The notes under the pieces are model-generated. The model made no database searches, was not told the DNA's origin, and worked only from the letters and a program-made list of their open reading frames with translations. From contig CAZETG010000001.1 in NCBI GenBank assembly GCA_964514875.1, forward strand, positions 12,187-76,186: a DNA stretch of 64,000 nucleotides. The letters run 5' to 3'. This DNA comes from an uncultured Candidatus Saccharibacteria bacterium. Its GTDB lineage: Bacteria; Patescibacteriota; Saccharimonadia; Saccharimonadales; Saccharimonadaceae. Position numbers and translations under genes: made by a program. The first letter of the stretch is position 1, and the number at the start of each line of letters is the position of its first letter. Of the stretch, positions 9,235-18,191 are shown piece by piece.

Positions 9235-11334
9235 ATGGCAAACGAAGTCAAAGACCTAGCAAAGCTCCGCAATATTGGCATTATTGCCCATATTGATGCT
9301 GGTAAAACCACAACGACCGAAGCAATCTTGTATCGCACCGGTCTTAAGCATAAGATTAATCTCGTGAAGGGCGGTGACGGTGGAGCGACGACCGACTGGA
9401 TGGAGCAGGAACGTGAGCGCGGTATTACGATTACTTCTGCCGCCGTTACAGCTTACTGGAAGGGGCACAAGATTAATATTATCGACACTCCAGGCCACAT
9501 CGACTTCACGGCCGAAGTGGAGCGCTCTCTGCGCGTGCTAGATGGTGCGGTGGTAGTCTTTGACGGCAAGATGGGCGTCGAGGCTCAGTCTGAGACGGTT
9601 TGGCGCCAAGCTACCAAGTACGGCGTGCCTCGCATTTGCTTCGTGAATAAGATTAATCAAATCGGTGGCGATTTTTACAAGTCGCTCGATAGCATTCACA
9701 AGCGCCTATCTAAGAACGCTGTAGCAATTCACCTGCCGATTGGCTTCGAGAAGGACGTCTGCGGCGTCGTCGATCTCGTCGATATGAAGGCATATACCTA
9801 TGATGATTATGCCGACCATGAGCTGAAGGTTGGTGAAATTCCGGCTGATATGCTCGAGAAGGCTAAGAACGCTCGGTCATTGCTGATTGAAGAGGCGGTG
9901 CAGGCTGATGAAACCCTGATGGACAAGTTCTTTAATCAAGGCGAAGAGGCGATCACGGAAGTCGAGCTCAAGGCAGCGCTTCGTAAGCGTATCCTCGATG
10001 GAGATTTCTATCTCGTCACCGGCGGCGATGGTCGTGGTGTGATAGTCGAAAAGGTTTTGGATCTTGTGGCAGACTACTTGCCAAGCCCATTGGATCGCGA
10101 TCAGGGCCAGACGGTCGGCGTCGATCCGAAGACTGGCAACCAAGTTGTCCGTAAAGCGAGTGATAGTGAGCCGCTGACGGCGCTTGCCTTTAAGATTGCG
10201 ACGGATCCATTTGTGGGTAAATTGATTTTTATTCGCGTCTATGCTGGCAAGATGACTACCGGTAGTACTGTTCTGAATGCGACAACTGGTGATAAGGAGC
10301 GCATCGGCCGTATTGTACGTATGTTTGCCGATAAGCGCGAAGAAATTTCCGAAATTACGGCTGGGGATATTGCGGCAGTAGTTGGGCTGAAAGACGTAAC
10401 GACTGGGACAACAATCTGTGATGTTGCTCATCCGATTTTGCTCGAGGATATTACCTTCCCAGATCCTCCGGTTTCGATTGCTGTTGAGCCGAAGACGAAG
10501 AGCGATCAAGAAAAAATGGGACTTGGCTTGAGTAAGCTCGCCGAAGAAGATCCGACCTTAAAGATTCACACTGATGAGGAAACCGGCCAGACAATTATTT
10601 CTGGTATGGGCGAGCTACATCTGGAGATTGCGATTGATCGTTTGCAAAAAGAGCATGGTGTCGAGGCGAATACCGGCGCTCCGCAGGTCGCCTATCGCGA
10701 AACTATTCGCGGCACCGCTGAAGCCCAAGGTAAACATATTAAGCAGTCTGGTGGTCGCGGTCAGTACGGCGATGTCTGGGTGAAATTCGAGCCCAATGAG
10801 CCGGGTAAGGGCTTCGAATTTATTGATCAAATTAAGGGTGGCGTTGTACCTCAGGAATATCGTAAGCCAGTTCAGCAGGGTATCGAAGAGACTTTGAATG
10901 GCGGCGTCATTGCCGGCTATCCGGTGGTTGATGTTAAGGCTACGCTTTATGATGGTAGTTACCACGATGTCGACTCTTCCGAACTAGCCTTTAAACTCGC
11001 CGGTAGCTTAGCTACTCGTGAGGGCATCAAGCGCGCCCAGCCAGTCTTACTTGAGCCGATCATGCGTCTTGAAATTACCACACCAGAAGAGTTTATGGGC
11101 GACGTCATCGGCGATGTCAATTCTCGCCGTGGTCGCATCGAAAGCATGGAAGATCTCACTGGCGGCGCGAAGCTGATCAAGGCATTTGCTCCGCTTGCAA
11201 ACCTCTTCGGTTATACTTCCGATCTTCGCTCAATGTCGCAAGGTCGCGCTGTCAGCTCAATGGAGATTAATGGCTACGAGGAAGTACCGCCTAACGTTGC
11301 TCAAGAAATCATCGAAAAACGAAATACGAAGTAG
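9235..11334 (+). CDS. fusA: Elongation factor G
   Basis: [12 protein letters not shown] and DTPGHIDF GTPase motifs, with EF-G domains II-V; 699 aa. Confidence 0.97.
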   Translation: MANEVKDLAKLRNIGIIAHIDAGKTTTTEAILYRTGLKHKINLVKGGDGGATTDWMEQERERGITITSAAVTAYWKGHKINIIDTPGHIDFTAEVERSLRVLDGAVVVFDGKMGVEAQSETVWRQATKYGVPRICFVNKINQIGGDFYKSLDSIHKRLSKNAVAIHLPIGFEKDVCGVVDLVDMKAYTYDDYADHELKVGEIPADMLEKAKNARSLLIEEAVQADETLMDKFFNQGEEAITEVELKAALRKRILDGDFYLVTGGDGRGVIVEKVLDLVADYLPSPLDRDQGQTVGVDPKTGNQVVRKASDSEPLTALAFKIATDPFVGKLIFIRVYAGKMTTGSTVLNATTGDKERIGRIVRMFADKREEISEITAGDIAAVVGLKDVTTGTTICDVAHPILLEDITFPDPPVSIAVEPKTKSDQEKMGLGLSKLAEEDPTLKIHTDEETGQTIISGMGELHLEIAIDRLQKEHGVEANTGAPQVAYRETIRGTAEAQGKHIKQSGGRGQYGDVWVKFEPNEPGKGFEFIDQIKGGVVPQEYRKPVQQGIEETLNGGVIAGYPVVDVKATLYDGSYHDVDSSELAFKLAGSLATREGIKRAQPVLLEPIMRLEITTPEEFMGDVIGDVNSRRGRIESMEDLTGGAKLIKAFAPLANLFGYTSDLRSMSQGRAVSSMEINGYEEVPPNVAQEIIEKRNTK

Positions 11335-11403
11335 AGAATAAGCTCCGCCAGAAGCTTTCCCTACAAGTGCGATGTTTTTCTTGAAAAGAGGCATACGAAG
11401 TAA

Positions 11404-11435
11404 CACAAATAAGCCCCGCAAGGGGTTTATTTGTG
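11404..11435 (+). terminator. Long hairpin after fusA
   Basis: CACAAATAAGCCCC-gcaa-GGGGTTTATTTGTG gives a 14-bp stem with one G-U pair. Confidence 0.6.
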
Positions 11436-11480
11436 GAAATAAACTATTGAAATTCGCGATATTCGATTATGAACTTGCGC

Positions 11481-11559
11481 CAAAGCTACCATATGATAAC
11501 TTTACGTAAATTCTCACCCCTGTTACGCAAAATATCAAAGCTATCACGTGATAACTTTG
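11481..11559 (+). repeat. Double-palindrome repeat, copy X
   Basis: Two ~24-bp palindromic boxes (CAAAGCTACCATATGATAACTTT and CAAAGCTATCACGTGATAACTTTG) flank the core TCACCCCTGTTA. An inverted copy lies at 23185-23261. Confidence 0.7.
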
Positions 11560-11830
11560 TGGTTTGTTCTAATTCTGAAATATAAAGCCTTCAGTACGTA
11601 AATCTAGCGCATTATTATATATTTCCTAGCAAAACCCGCATGTTTCTCTTTTGTCTCTGTTCAATTGTAAAATCTTGTTATATACTGTAAATAGATCAAG
11701 ATTCGAGGTGAGACTAGGTTCGGCTTGCGCCGTTGTGGTGGCTGGACTATGACTTCTATACGCAATTTCTCGCTAACGATGACCGATGAGTCTGGTCCGA
11801 AGAAATCAGAAAAATGTCAGGAAAGGTGTA

Positions 11831-12799
11831 ATGACAGAAGAGAAAATCAGTGTAATCGTACCGATTTACAACGTCGAATCTCGTATTGCTCGATGTATCG
11901 AGTCTATCCAACAACAAACTTACCGCAATTTGGAAATTATCCTGGTTGATGATGGGTCGCCGGATCGCTGCGGGGAGGTTTGTGATGCTTACGGTGTGCA
12001 AGATCCGCGCATCCACGTAATCCATAAGTCGAATGGTGGCCTGTCGGACGCGCGCAATGCCGGCCTCGATATTGCGACTGGAAAATTTATTGGCTTTGTC
12101 GACGCTGATGATTGGATTGATTGCAATATGTATACGACTCTGTATCGTCTTTCGGCGCAACATCATGCTGATATTGTCGAGTGTAGCTATCGGAATATCT
12201 TTCCGTATCACATCAAAGAAGAAACGCTTTGTACTGGTGAGCTTGTTGAGGCTGATGCGGCGTTTGCCTTAGAAGGTATGTTGGATTGGAAATATTTTAA
12301 GCCGGTGGTCTTCAACAAACTTTACCTAGCGGCGACGATCGATGATTTACGCTATCCGGTCGGGCGGATTCACGAGGATGAGTTTTTCACTTACAAAGTC
12401 ATCTGCAATGCCGAAAAGCTAATTTATATAGATATATCATTATGTAATTACGATCGTACACGAGCTGATAGTATCACGAACGCTCGATTTTCCGAGAAAA
12501 ACCTTGATGCCTGCTGGGCGTTTCGCGAGCGGATTGACTATTTACGCGAGCATCATTTCGACACTCTGGAAGCAAAAGCCAATAATGCCTATTGTTGGCA
12601 GGTGCTTAATAGTCTCGAGAAATGTCGCGAATTTCACGTCACAGGCGTTCAAGTCGATACACTAATTGCGCAGGCGATTAGTGATATTCCGTATTTGGAG
12701 CAGCATCAAGTCAACCCGCAGTACTTAGAGAAATTCAAACAATTGCAGAAAGGAACAAAGACCGATGGAAAAATCCGCGACATCCGAGCAGCTCATTAG
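11831..12799 (+). CDS. Family 2 glycosyltransferase
   Basis: ISVIVPIYNVE..DDGSPD..DADD motifs. Start moved to the ATG at 11831, behind AGGAAAGG. Confidence 0.8.
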   Translation: MTEEKISVIVPIYNVESRIARCIESIQQQTYRNLEIILVDDGSPDRCGEVCDAYGVQDPRIHVIHKSNGGLSDARNAGLDIATGKFIGFVDADDWIDCNMYTTLYRLSAQHHADIVECSYRNIFPYHIKEETLCTGELVEADAAFALEGMLDWKYFKPVVFNKLYLAATIDDLRYPVGRIHEDEFFTYKVICNAEKLIYIDISLCNYDRTRADSITNARFSEKNLDACWAFRERIDYLREHHFDTLEAKANNAYCWQVLNSLEKCREFHVTGVQVDTLIAQAISDIPYLEQHQVNPQYLEKFKQLQKGTKTDGKIRDIRAAH

Positions 12800-14036
12800 T
12801 ATGATTGTGCCGGTTTATAATTCCGCACCGCATTTGGGCTATTGCCTAAATTCGATTCTGAATCAAACGTATCAAAATTTGGAAATCATCCTGATCGACG
12901 ACGGCTCGATTGATAATTCTCTGCAAATTTGCCAAAACTATGCCGCTCTTGACGCGCGAGTTCAAGTAATTGCAACGCCGCATTACGGCGTGAGCAGTGC
13001 GCGTAACACTGGTCTTGACGCCGCGCATGGCGATTATATAGTTTTTATCGATTCGGACGATGTCGCGCGCCCTGATCTTGTTACACATCTTGTGCAACTT
13101 ATCGGGACTTATAATGCCGATTTTGCGGTCTGCGGCTATCAAATTATTGCCCTCGATGCCACTGATCGGGTTGAGCGCAATATTACGGTCACCTCGCAAG
13201 AGTTAGGTGAGGAATGCGTGCTGGCACGGGAGAATTTCTTTGCACATCTTGCATCGATTCTTGTGCGAACAAGTTATTTACAAGGTCCAGTTTGCAAGAT
13301 TTTCAAACGTGATCTCATCGAACAGTATCACTTGCGTTTTCTGTGGTCGATTTCTCTGGGTGAAGATTTTTGTTTTAACATGGATTATTTTCAGTACATG
13401 AGCGGCCCGGCGGTCATTTCTAGTCGATGTTGTTATTATTACTTGCAGGCTTTGCCAGATGCGCTATCTCGGCGTTATCGCCCGGATCGGTTTGAAAATG
13501 AATTATTTCTTTTGCAACGTTTCCAACAGTTATTGTTGAGTAATTCAACGCCGTCGCCAGCGGAAGAAGCTGCATTGGCCGAATATTCTCTGTCAAAAAT
13601 CATGCAAAGCCTTTATCATCTTACCGATCCGCGTTGCGATTTAAGCGTATCGGCAAAGAAAGCCGCAATCGCGAATATTCTTAATCATTCTTTTGTGCGT
13701 CAAGCTTACGATCGTACCGAATCGATTCCTACGGTTTACGCCTGGATCCATGAGTGCATGGAATTTTGCGACGCGCAAAAGGCTTATGAATTTCTCTTTG
13801 AAAATCGCCCGCTTCATGCTGATAATCCGTTTGCACCAGTGCGTATTTCTGTGTATCCGCGCCCAGGCTTACTGAATCGTGTTCTCGTGAGCGTTTGCGA
13901 TGCCTTACTTAATATTCATCATTTTAGAGCAATCGCTCGATTTCGGCGCAGTCTCAGTTCTTCCGGCGTTAAGACCACTTCACGAAAGGTCATCTCGAAG
14001 ACTGTTTCCAAGGTCTCCGCAAAATTACTATCTTGA
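12765..14036 (+). CDS. Family 2 glycosyltransferase with extended C-terminal domain
   Basis: MIVPVYNS..DDGSIDNS..DSDD motifs. Overlaps the upstream GT2 gene; an alternative start at 12801 is possible. Confidence 0.75.
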   Translation: MEKSATSEQLISMIVPVYNSAPHLGYCLNSILNQTYQNLEIILIDDGSIDNSLQICQNYAALDARVQVIATPHYGVSSARNTGLDAAHGDYIVFIDSDDVARPDLVTHLVQLIGTYNADFAVCGYQIIALDATDRVERNITVTSQELGEECVLARENFFAHLASILVRTSYLQGPVCKIFKRDLIEQYHLRFLWSISLGEDFCFNMDYFQYMSGPAVISSRCCYYYLQALPDALSRRYRPDRFENELFLLQRFQQLLLSNSTPSPAEEAALAEYSLSKIMQSLYHLTDPRCDLSVSAKKAAIANILNHSFVRQAYDRTESIPTVYAWIHECMEFCDAQKAYEFLFENRPLHADNPFAPVRISVYPRPGLLNRVLVSVCDALLNIHHFRAIARFRRSLSSSGVKTTSRKVISKTVSKVSAKLLS

Positions 14037-14057
14037 CCGGCATGCGCCATTTCTTCC

Positions 14058-14261
14058 TACTTTTATCCCTGCCGTACTAGACAGCGGAGGGGAATAGCGT
14101 TAATTCTTCCGCTGGGTTGAGACACGATGACATTTGTATGAAACTGAAATCTATAAGAGTTACTAACCTTTATCACGAAATCTGAAGTCGCCGTAGTGTA
14201 ATAGCCATATAAACCGGCGCCATTAAGCGCGCTCGTTGTCCAAAGCCAGCCGCTCCGCACG
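14058..14261 (-). repeat. PLRCLVR cassette c2
   Basis: 5' TTTTCGTGCGGAGCGG and 3' CCCCTCCGCTGTCTAGTACGGCAGGGATAAAAGTA. Length 204 nt. TAG is mutated to CAG, so the frame stops at the TAA of GGATAA. It begins about 10 nt after the histidine kinase stop. This is the most diverged copy. Confidence 0.8.
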
Positions 14262-14271
14262 AAAAGCAATC

Positions 14272-15384
14272 TTACTCCATCCCGATCACATCAAAGAATT
14301 TATGATTTGCAAAAGTAATAGTAACGGTTGTTCCAGTGTCGACTTGTGACTGAATTGCAATCTGATGTCCAAGCTTTTCGCACAGGGAATGAGCAAGATA
14401 TAGTCCCATCCCGGTCGAGCGACCGGCTTCGGTCTGGCGGCCATTCTTACCAGTAAAGGATTTTTCGAACACGCGAGGCAAATCTTCAGCGGCAATTCCG
14501 ATACCGTTATCGCTAATACTTAATTCCACGGCGTCGCCTACCTGCTTTGCCCGCACGATAATCTGCGCACTGTGATACTTGATACTATTGGTGATAATCT
14601 GATTCAAGATAAATTCTAGCCATTTTACGTCCGTATAAACTTTTTGATCAAGCTGGCCGACCTGAAAATCAATCTGCTTTGCCTGCAGAATCTCGCGATT
14701 TCGCACTGCTACCACTTGTACAACTTGCGCGAGCTGTACTTGCTTGATAATATAATCACGCTCGGCATTCTTGGCGCGCACAAAATACAGAACCTGTTCG
14801 ATATAATTATCAAGTCGCTTCAGCTGCTCAACTGCGCGTGGATCTTTCGTGATTAAGCTGAGTGTTGCTAAAGGTGCTTTCGTCTCATGAATCCATAGCT
14901 CGATATATTCGCGAAAATCTTGTGTCTTGCTAGCATACTGCTGAATATTTTCCGCGGCGGATTTGTCTACACGCGTCAAAACTTCCTGCAAAATCCTACC
15001 ATCAAAAAAGTTCGGCCGCCCGATCGTCTCCAAGACTAAATACGCCTGATCCATTTGTGATAAATTGTCCAGTAGATGATAATAAAATCTTCGGCGCCGC
15101 CCATATTCCACCAGAAAAGTCACCGCGCCCGTCACACTCATGATAATTATAATCAAAATACTCGCCTCAAGATCTATCTTCAAGGCCGCTAAAAATAATA
15201 TCAAGATAATCATCGCCACCGCAAAACCCAAAATCTGTAAAGCATGATCGCTCACGAAAGTCGGAAAGCTGCACAAGCGCAACAAATATTTCCGTTGGTT
15301 GCTTTTATCACTCCGTCGTGTCGCTTCGTTGTCGATGGTCGTCTCAATTTCGCTATTTTTCGCGCGTTGCCTAGTCGATTTCAT
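14272..15384 (-). CDS. Sensor histidine kinase, intramembrane-sensing (BceS-like)
   Basis: Two TM helices with a very short loop. H-box ELWIHETKAPL, N-box NSIKY, and G-boxes DNGIGI and GMGLYL. Confidence 0.85.
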   Translation of the reverse strand: MKSTRQRAKNSEIETTIDNEATRRSDKSNQRKYLLRLCSFPTFVSDHALQILGFAVAMIILILFLAALKIDLEASILIIIIMSVTGAVTFLVEYGRRRRFYYHLLDNLSQMDQAYLVLETIGRPNFFDGRILQEVLTRVDKSAAENIQQYASKTQDFREYIELWIHETKAPLATLSLITKDPRAVEQLKRLDNYIEQVLYFVRAKNAERDYIIKQVQLAQVVQVVAVRNREILQAKQIDFQVGQLDQKVYTDVKWLEFILNQIITNSIKYHSAQIIVRAKQVGDAVELSISDNGIGIAAEDLPRVFEKSFTGKNGRQTEAGRSTGMGLYLAHSLCEKLGHQIAIQSQVDTGTTVTITFANHKFFDVIGME

Positions 15385-16073
15385 GTCAAAATGTATCCTA
15401 ATCCTTTGCGCGTCTCAATCAATTCGCCGGCGCCCAGCGCCTGTAACTTATTCCGCAGGCGACTCACGTTCACCGTCAAGGCATTATCATTAATATATTC
15501 TTGATTGTTCCACAGATCCGTCATCAGCGCGTCGCGCGTCACGATTTCACCTCGATGCTCAAACAAATGACGCAAGATAATCATTTCATTTTTCGTCAAA
15601 AGCACCCGATTTCTCCCATTACCGCCATTATGATCAGCTATTGTCGTAATCACTCCACGCGCCAAATCGATATTCAGTCCGTGCAGATTCGTCACTTGTG
15701 CTGGCGCTTCGATACGCCGTAAAACCGCTGCAACTCTCAGCAGTAAAACGCTTGGGCTATATGGCTTTGTAATATAATCATCTGCACCGTAGCTCATCGA
15801 CAAAACTTCATCAGCTTCCGTATCGCTACTCGTTACCATGATTACTGGTACTTCCGAATTTTTCCGTAAGACCTGCAGAAGTTGCGTACCGCTTTGATCG
15901 GGCAGATTCAAATCAAGCAGAATTAAATCCGGATGCGACGTCTGAATTTGTTGCAAAAATGCCGACTCGCTAAAAATATCAAGCACTATTGTCTCATAAT
16001 TAGCGCTCGCGAGCAACGCGCTCAGGGCTTGGCGCATTGTTGCATCATCTTCTACGATTAAAATCTTTCTCAT
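15381..16073 (-). CDS. OmpR-family response regulator (BceR-like)
   Basis: ILIVEDD and LILLDLNLPD receiver motifs, with a winged-helix C-terminus ..RKGLGYIL. ATGA overlap with the kinase gene. Confidence 0.9.
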   Translation of the reverse strand: MRKILIVEDDATMRQALSALLASANYETIVLDIFSESAFLQQIQTSHPDLILLDLNLPDQSGTQLLQVLRKNSEVPVIMVTSSDTEADEVLSMSYGADDYITKPYSPSVLLLRVAAVLRRIEAPAQVTNLHGLNIDLARGVITTIADHNGGNGRNRVLLTKNEMIILRHLFEHRGEIVTRDALMTDLWNNQEYINDNALTVNVSRLRNKLQALGAGELIETRKGLGYILT

Positions 16074-16091
16074 CGAACCTTCGTAATCCAG

Positions 16092-16772
16092 TTATGATGG
16101 CAAAATCCAAATAATCGCTTCTGGCGTCGCGTCTTGCCAATTATCGTCATATGCCACCCACCACGGATTCCCAGATTCATTGGCCATATATCCAATATTT
16201 TCGTAAGTTTTGAGCGTAATCTGGCGATCCTCCGGCGCTGCAAACCGATCGCGCGTCGAATCTTTCACAATTTGAATCTCACTTTGCTCAGTATATAATA
16301 TGTCCATCAAAATCGGATCACCTTCAACCGTGGTTTGATACAAACGTACGAACACGGGCTGATGCTTTTGATAAGCTTGCATAAACTTCGATCTTGCCTC
16401 GCGTGCCACTTGCTCCGAATCCGTCGTGCGGTCCACGACGACGCAGCCGTCACTCTTTGCTTGATCGCGATTGTAATTTTCTGGTAAATTACGCAAGTCC
16501 TGAAAGCTCGCCACTCTCGCATTGCGATAAAACTCATCTAGCGCCGAATTTAGGGATGTCTCAACGGAGACTTTACTAGTCCCTTCACTGTCGGCCTCAT
16601 CCGACGCATCAGGAAAATCCGTCACCGCCGCACCAGGCGTTGTTTTCGGTTTTTCTTGCTGCGGCAGCCAATAAGTATAAATTAACCCGCCAAAAATCAT
16701 CAAAACCAAAATCATCAACGCTCCTAAGGCGCACATGTTATCATTCGGCTGAGACGCTTGCTCGCTTGCCAT
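16092..16772 (-). CDS. Hypothetical membrane-anchored protein, first gene of the two-component operon
   Basis: Single N-terminal TM helix (LGALMILVLMIFGGLIYTYWL) followed by an acidic linker and a globular domain. No family recognised. Confidence 0.6.
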   Translation of the reverse strand: MASEQASQPNDNMCALGALMILVLMIFGGLIYTYWLPQQEKPKTTPGAAVTDFPDASDEADSEGTSKVSVETSLNSALDEFYRNARVASFQDLRNLPENYNRDQAKSDGCVVVDRTTDSEQVAREARSKFMQAYQKHQPVFVRLYQTTVEGDPILMDILYTEQSEIQIVKDSTRDRFAAPEDRQITLKTYENIGYMANESGNPWWVAYDDNWQDATPEAIIWILPS

Positions 16773-17055
16773 AATTAGCCTTCCATTGTTTACGAAACCT
16801 AACTCTATTATATCATAGTTCTTCGAACTAGAAATAACGGCGTGCTCGGAGCAGATTAATACAAATACTTCTTGTGAGAGGAATAAGACTTGGGCAAGCG
16901 CCCCGAACTATTGAGGATAGTAAACGGAAAAAGAATTCATGGATCCTTTTTCTTGAGCGACGCAAATAGCCAAGTTTCGCATTTGTGAAGCTTGGCAGCG
17001 GCCCCGAGCAAGAACGTATTTGTATTACAAGAACATAACATGATTACAGACTCTG

Positions 17056-17265
17056 CGTGCGGAGCGATGGTGTCTGGAATGATGGTCGTGTTAGACCGAA
17101 CGCGGGCACTAACGCAGTCTTCTGGTCATCTCGCGCGAACTCTACTGCGGACTTTCAGGGCGCCTTCTACCTCTACTTTAATGCTTCAGGCGTCTACCCG
17201 TCCTACCTCGGTAGCCGCTATCGCGGTTATCCCCTCCGCTGTCTAGTACGGTAGGGATAATGGTA
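17056..17265 (+). repeat. PLRCLVR cassette c3
   Basis: 5' CGTGCGGAGCGATGG and 3' CCCCTCCGCTGTCTAGTACGGTAGGGATAATGGTATGAATATGG. Length 210 nt. Frame reads VRSDGVWNDGRVRPNAGTNAVFWSSR..GYPLRCLVR. Confidence 0.9.
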
Positions 17266-17394
17266 TGAATATGGTTACTACGGCGCATTCACTCCGCTCG
17301 TGGCATTATAATCTTACAAAAATGTAAGTAAAATGTAACTTTATGCAAACGACAAATTGAAAAGTTTTATCTATAATATCTTTAAGGAGAAACA

Positions 17395-18162
17395 ATGAAT
17401 ACAATTTTAGAATTAGAGAAAGTTGAGAAATATTATGGTAATAAAACTTCTCTCACTAAAGCTATTGACAAGATTTCCTTCAAAGTCGACGAAGGGGAAT
17501 TTGTCGCTATTATGGGCGCCAGCGGTTCTGGTAAAACCACGCTACTCAACGTCATTTCCACGATCGATCGCGTGACAGCCGGGCATATTTACGTCGGCGG
17601 TGAAGATATTACGGAATTAAAAGGTGAAGCGCTAAATCGTTTTCGGCGCGAGGAACTAGGTTTTATTTTCCAAGATTTTAATCTACTTGATTCGCTGACG
17701 TCGTACGAGAATATTGCCTTGGCACTGTCGATCCAAAATCTCGCTATACCAGAAATTGAAGAGCGCGTAAATCAAGTTGCCAAAGAGTTAAATATTCAGA
17801 GTGTACTGGGTAAATTCCCGTATCAAATGTCCGGTGGCCAGAAACAACGTGTAGCTTCGGCGCGCGCTATTGTCACGAAACCGAAATTGGTTCTCGCTGA
17901 TGAACCAACCGGCGCGCTCGATTCGAAATCGTCACGCATGTTGCTCGAGCAGTTTGAAATCTTGAACCAAAAGTTACAAGCCACGATCCTTATGGTGACG
18001 CATGATGCCTTTGCCGCTTCTTATGCTACACGTGTGATTTTTATCAAAGACGGTAAGATTTTCAACGAACTGCGCCGCGGTAATCACGATCGTAAATACT
18101 TGTTCAACGAAATTATCAATGTGATGACATTGCTCGGCGGGGATATGAACGATGTGTTGTAG
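17395..18162 (+). CDS. ABC transporter ATP-binding protein (BceA-like)
   Basis: Walker A GASGSGKTT, signature MSGGQKQR, Walker B LVLADEPT. SD AAGGAG lies upstream. Confidence 0.9.
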   Translation: MNTILELEKVEKYYGNKTSLTKAIDKISFKVDEGEFVAIMGASGSGKTTLLNVISTIDRVTAGHIYVGGEDITELKGEALNRFRREELGFIFQDFNLLDSLTSYENIALALSIQNLAIPEIEERVNQVAKELNIQSVLGKFPYQMSGGQKQRVASARAIVTKPKLVLADEPTGALDSKSSRMLLEQFEILNQKLQATILMVTHDAFAASYATRVIFIKDGKIFNELRRGNHDRKYLFNEIINVMTLLGGDMNDVL

Positions 18163-18191
18163 AAAATATCTATACAGAGGGGAGCAGAATT

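Noticed and set aside
16874-16900. GAGAGGAATAAGACTTGGGC is reminiscent of the RNase P RNA motif GAGGAAAGUCCGGGC.
   Set aside because: No other RNase P conserved regions were found nearby (no GGUAAGAGC or ACAGAA..GGCUUA equivalents), and the non-coding gap is too short.
16933-16946. GAATTCATGGATCC (EcoRI-ATG-BamHI) looks like a cloning polylinker and could indicate vector contamination.
   Set aside because: It forms the loop and edges of a local A/T-closed hairpin. The flanking sequence has normal genomic character and no other vector-like sequence. It is most likely coincidence, but worth a read-level check.
16841-17055. A possible degenerate thirteenth cassette lies directly upstream of c3. 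CGTGCTCGGAGC at 16841 resembles the 5' block, and the distance to c3 is about 215 nt.
   Set aside because: There is no open frame and nothing resembling the invariant 3' block at the expected position. The similarity is limited to about 12 nt.
17056-17265. The cassettes could be degenerate group II introns or ribozymes. The 5' end is GUGCG, and GUACGGU near the 3' end resembles part of domain V.
   Set aside because: About 210 nt is far too short for a group II ribozyme. No domain V hairpin or other domains can be drawn, and the interior behaves as coding sequence.
17251-17274. The 3' block GGTAGGGATAA-TGGTAT-GAATATGG resembles the XerC arm plus spacer of a dif site (GGTGCGCATAA-TGTATA-..).
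   Set aside because: The sequence beyond GGATAATGGTA is not conserved among copies, and nothing resembles the XerD arm (TTATGTTAAAT). The similarity is limited to about 8 of 11 positions of one half-site.
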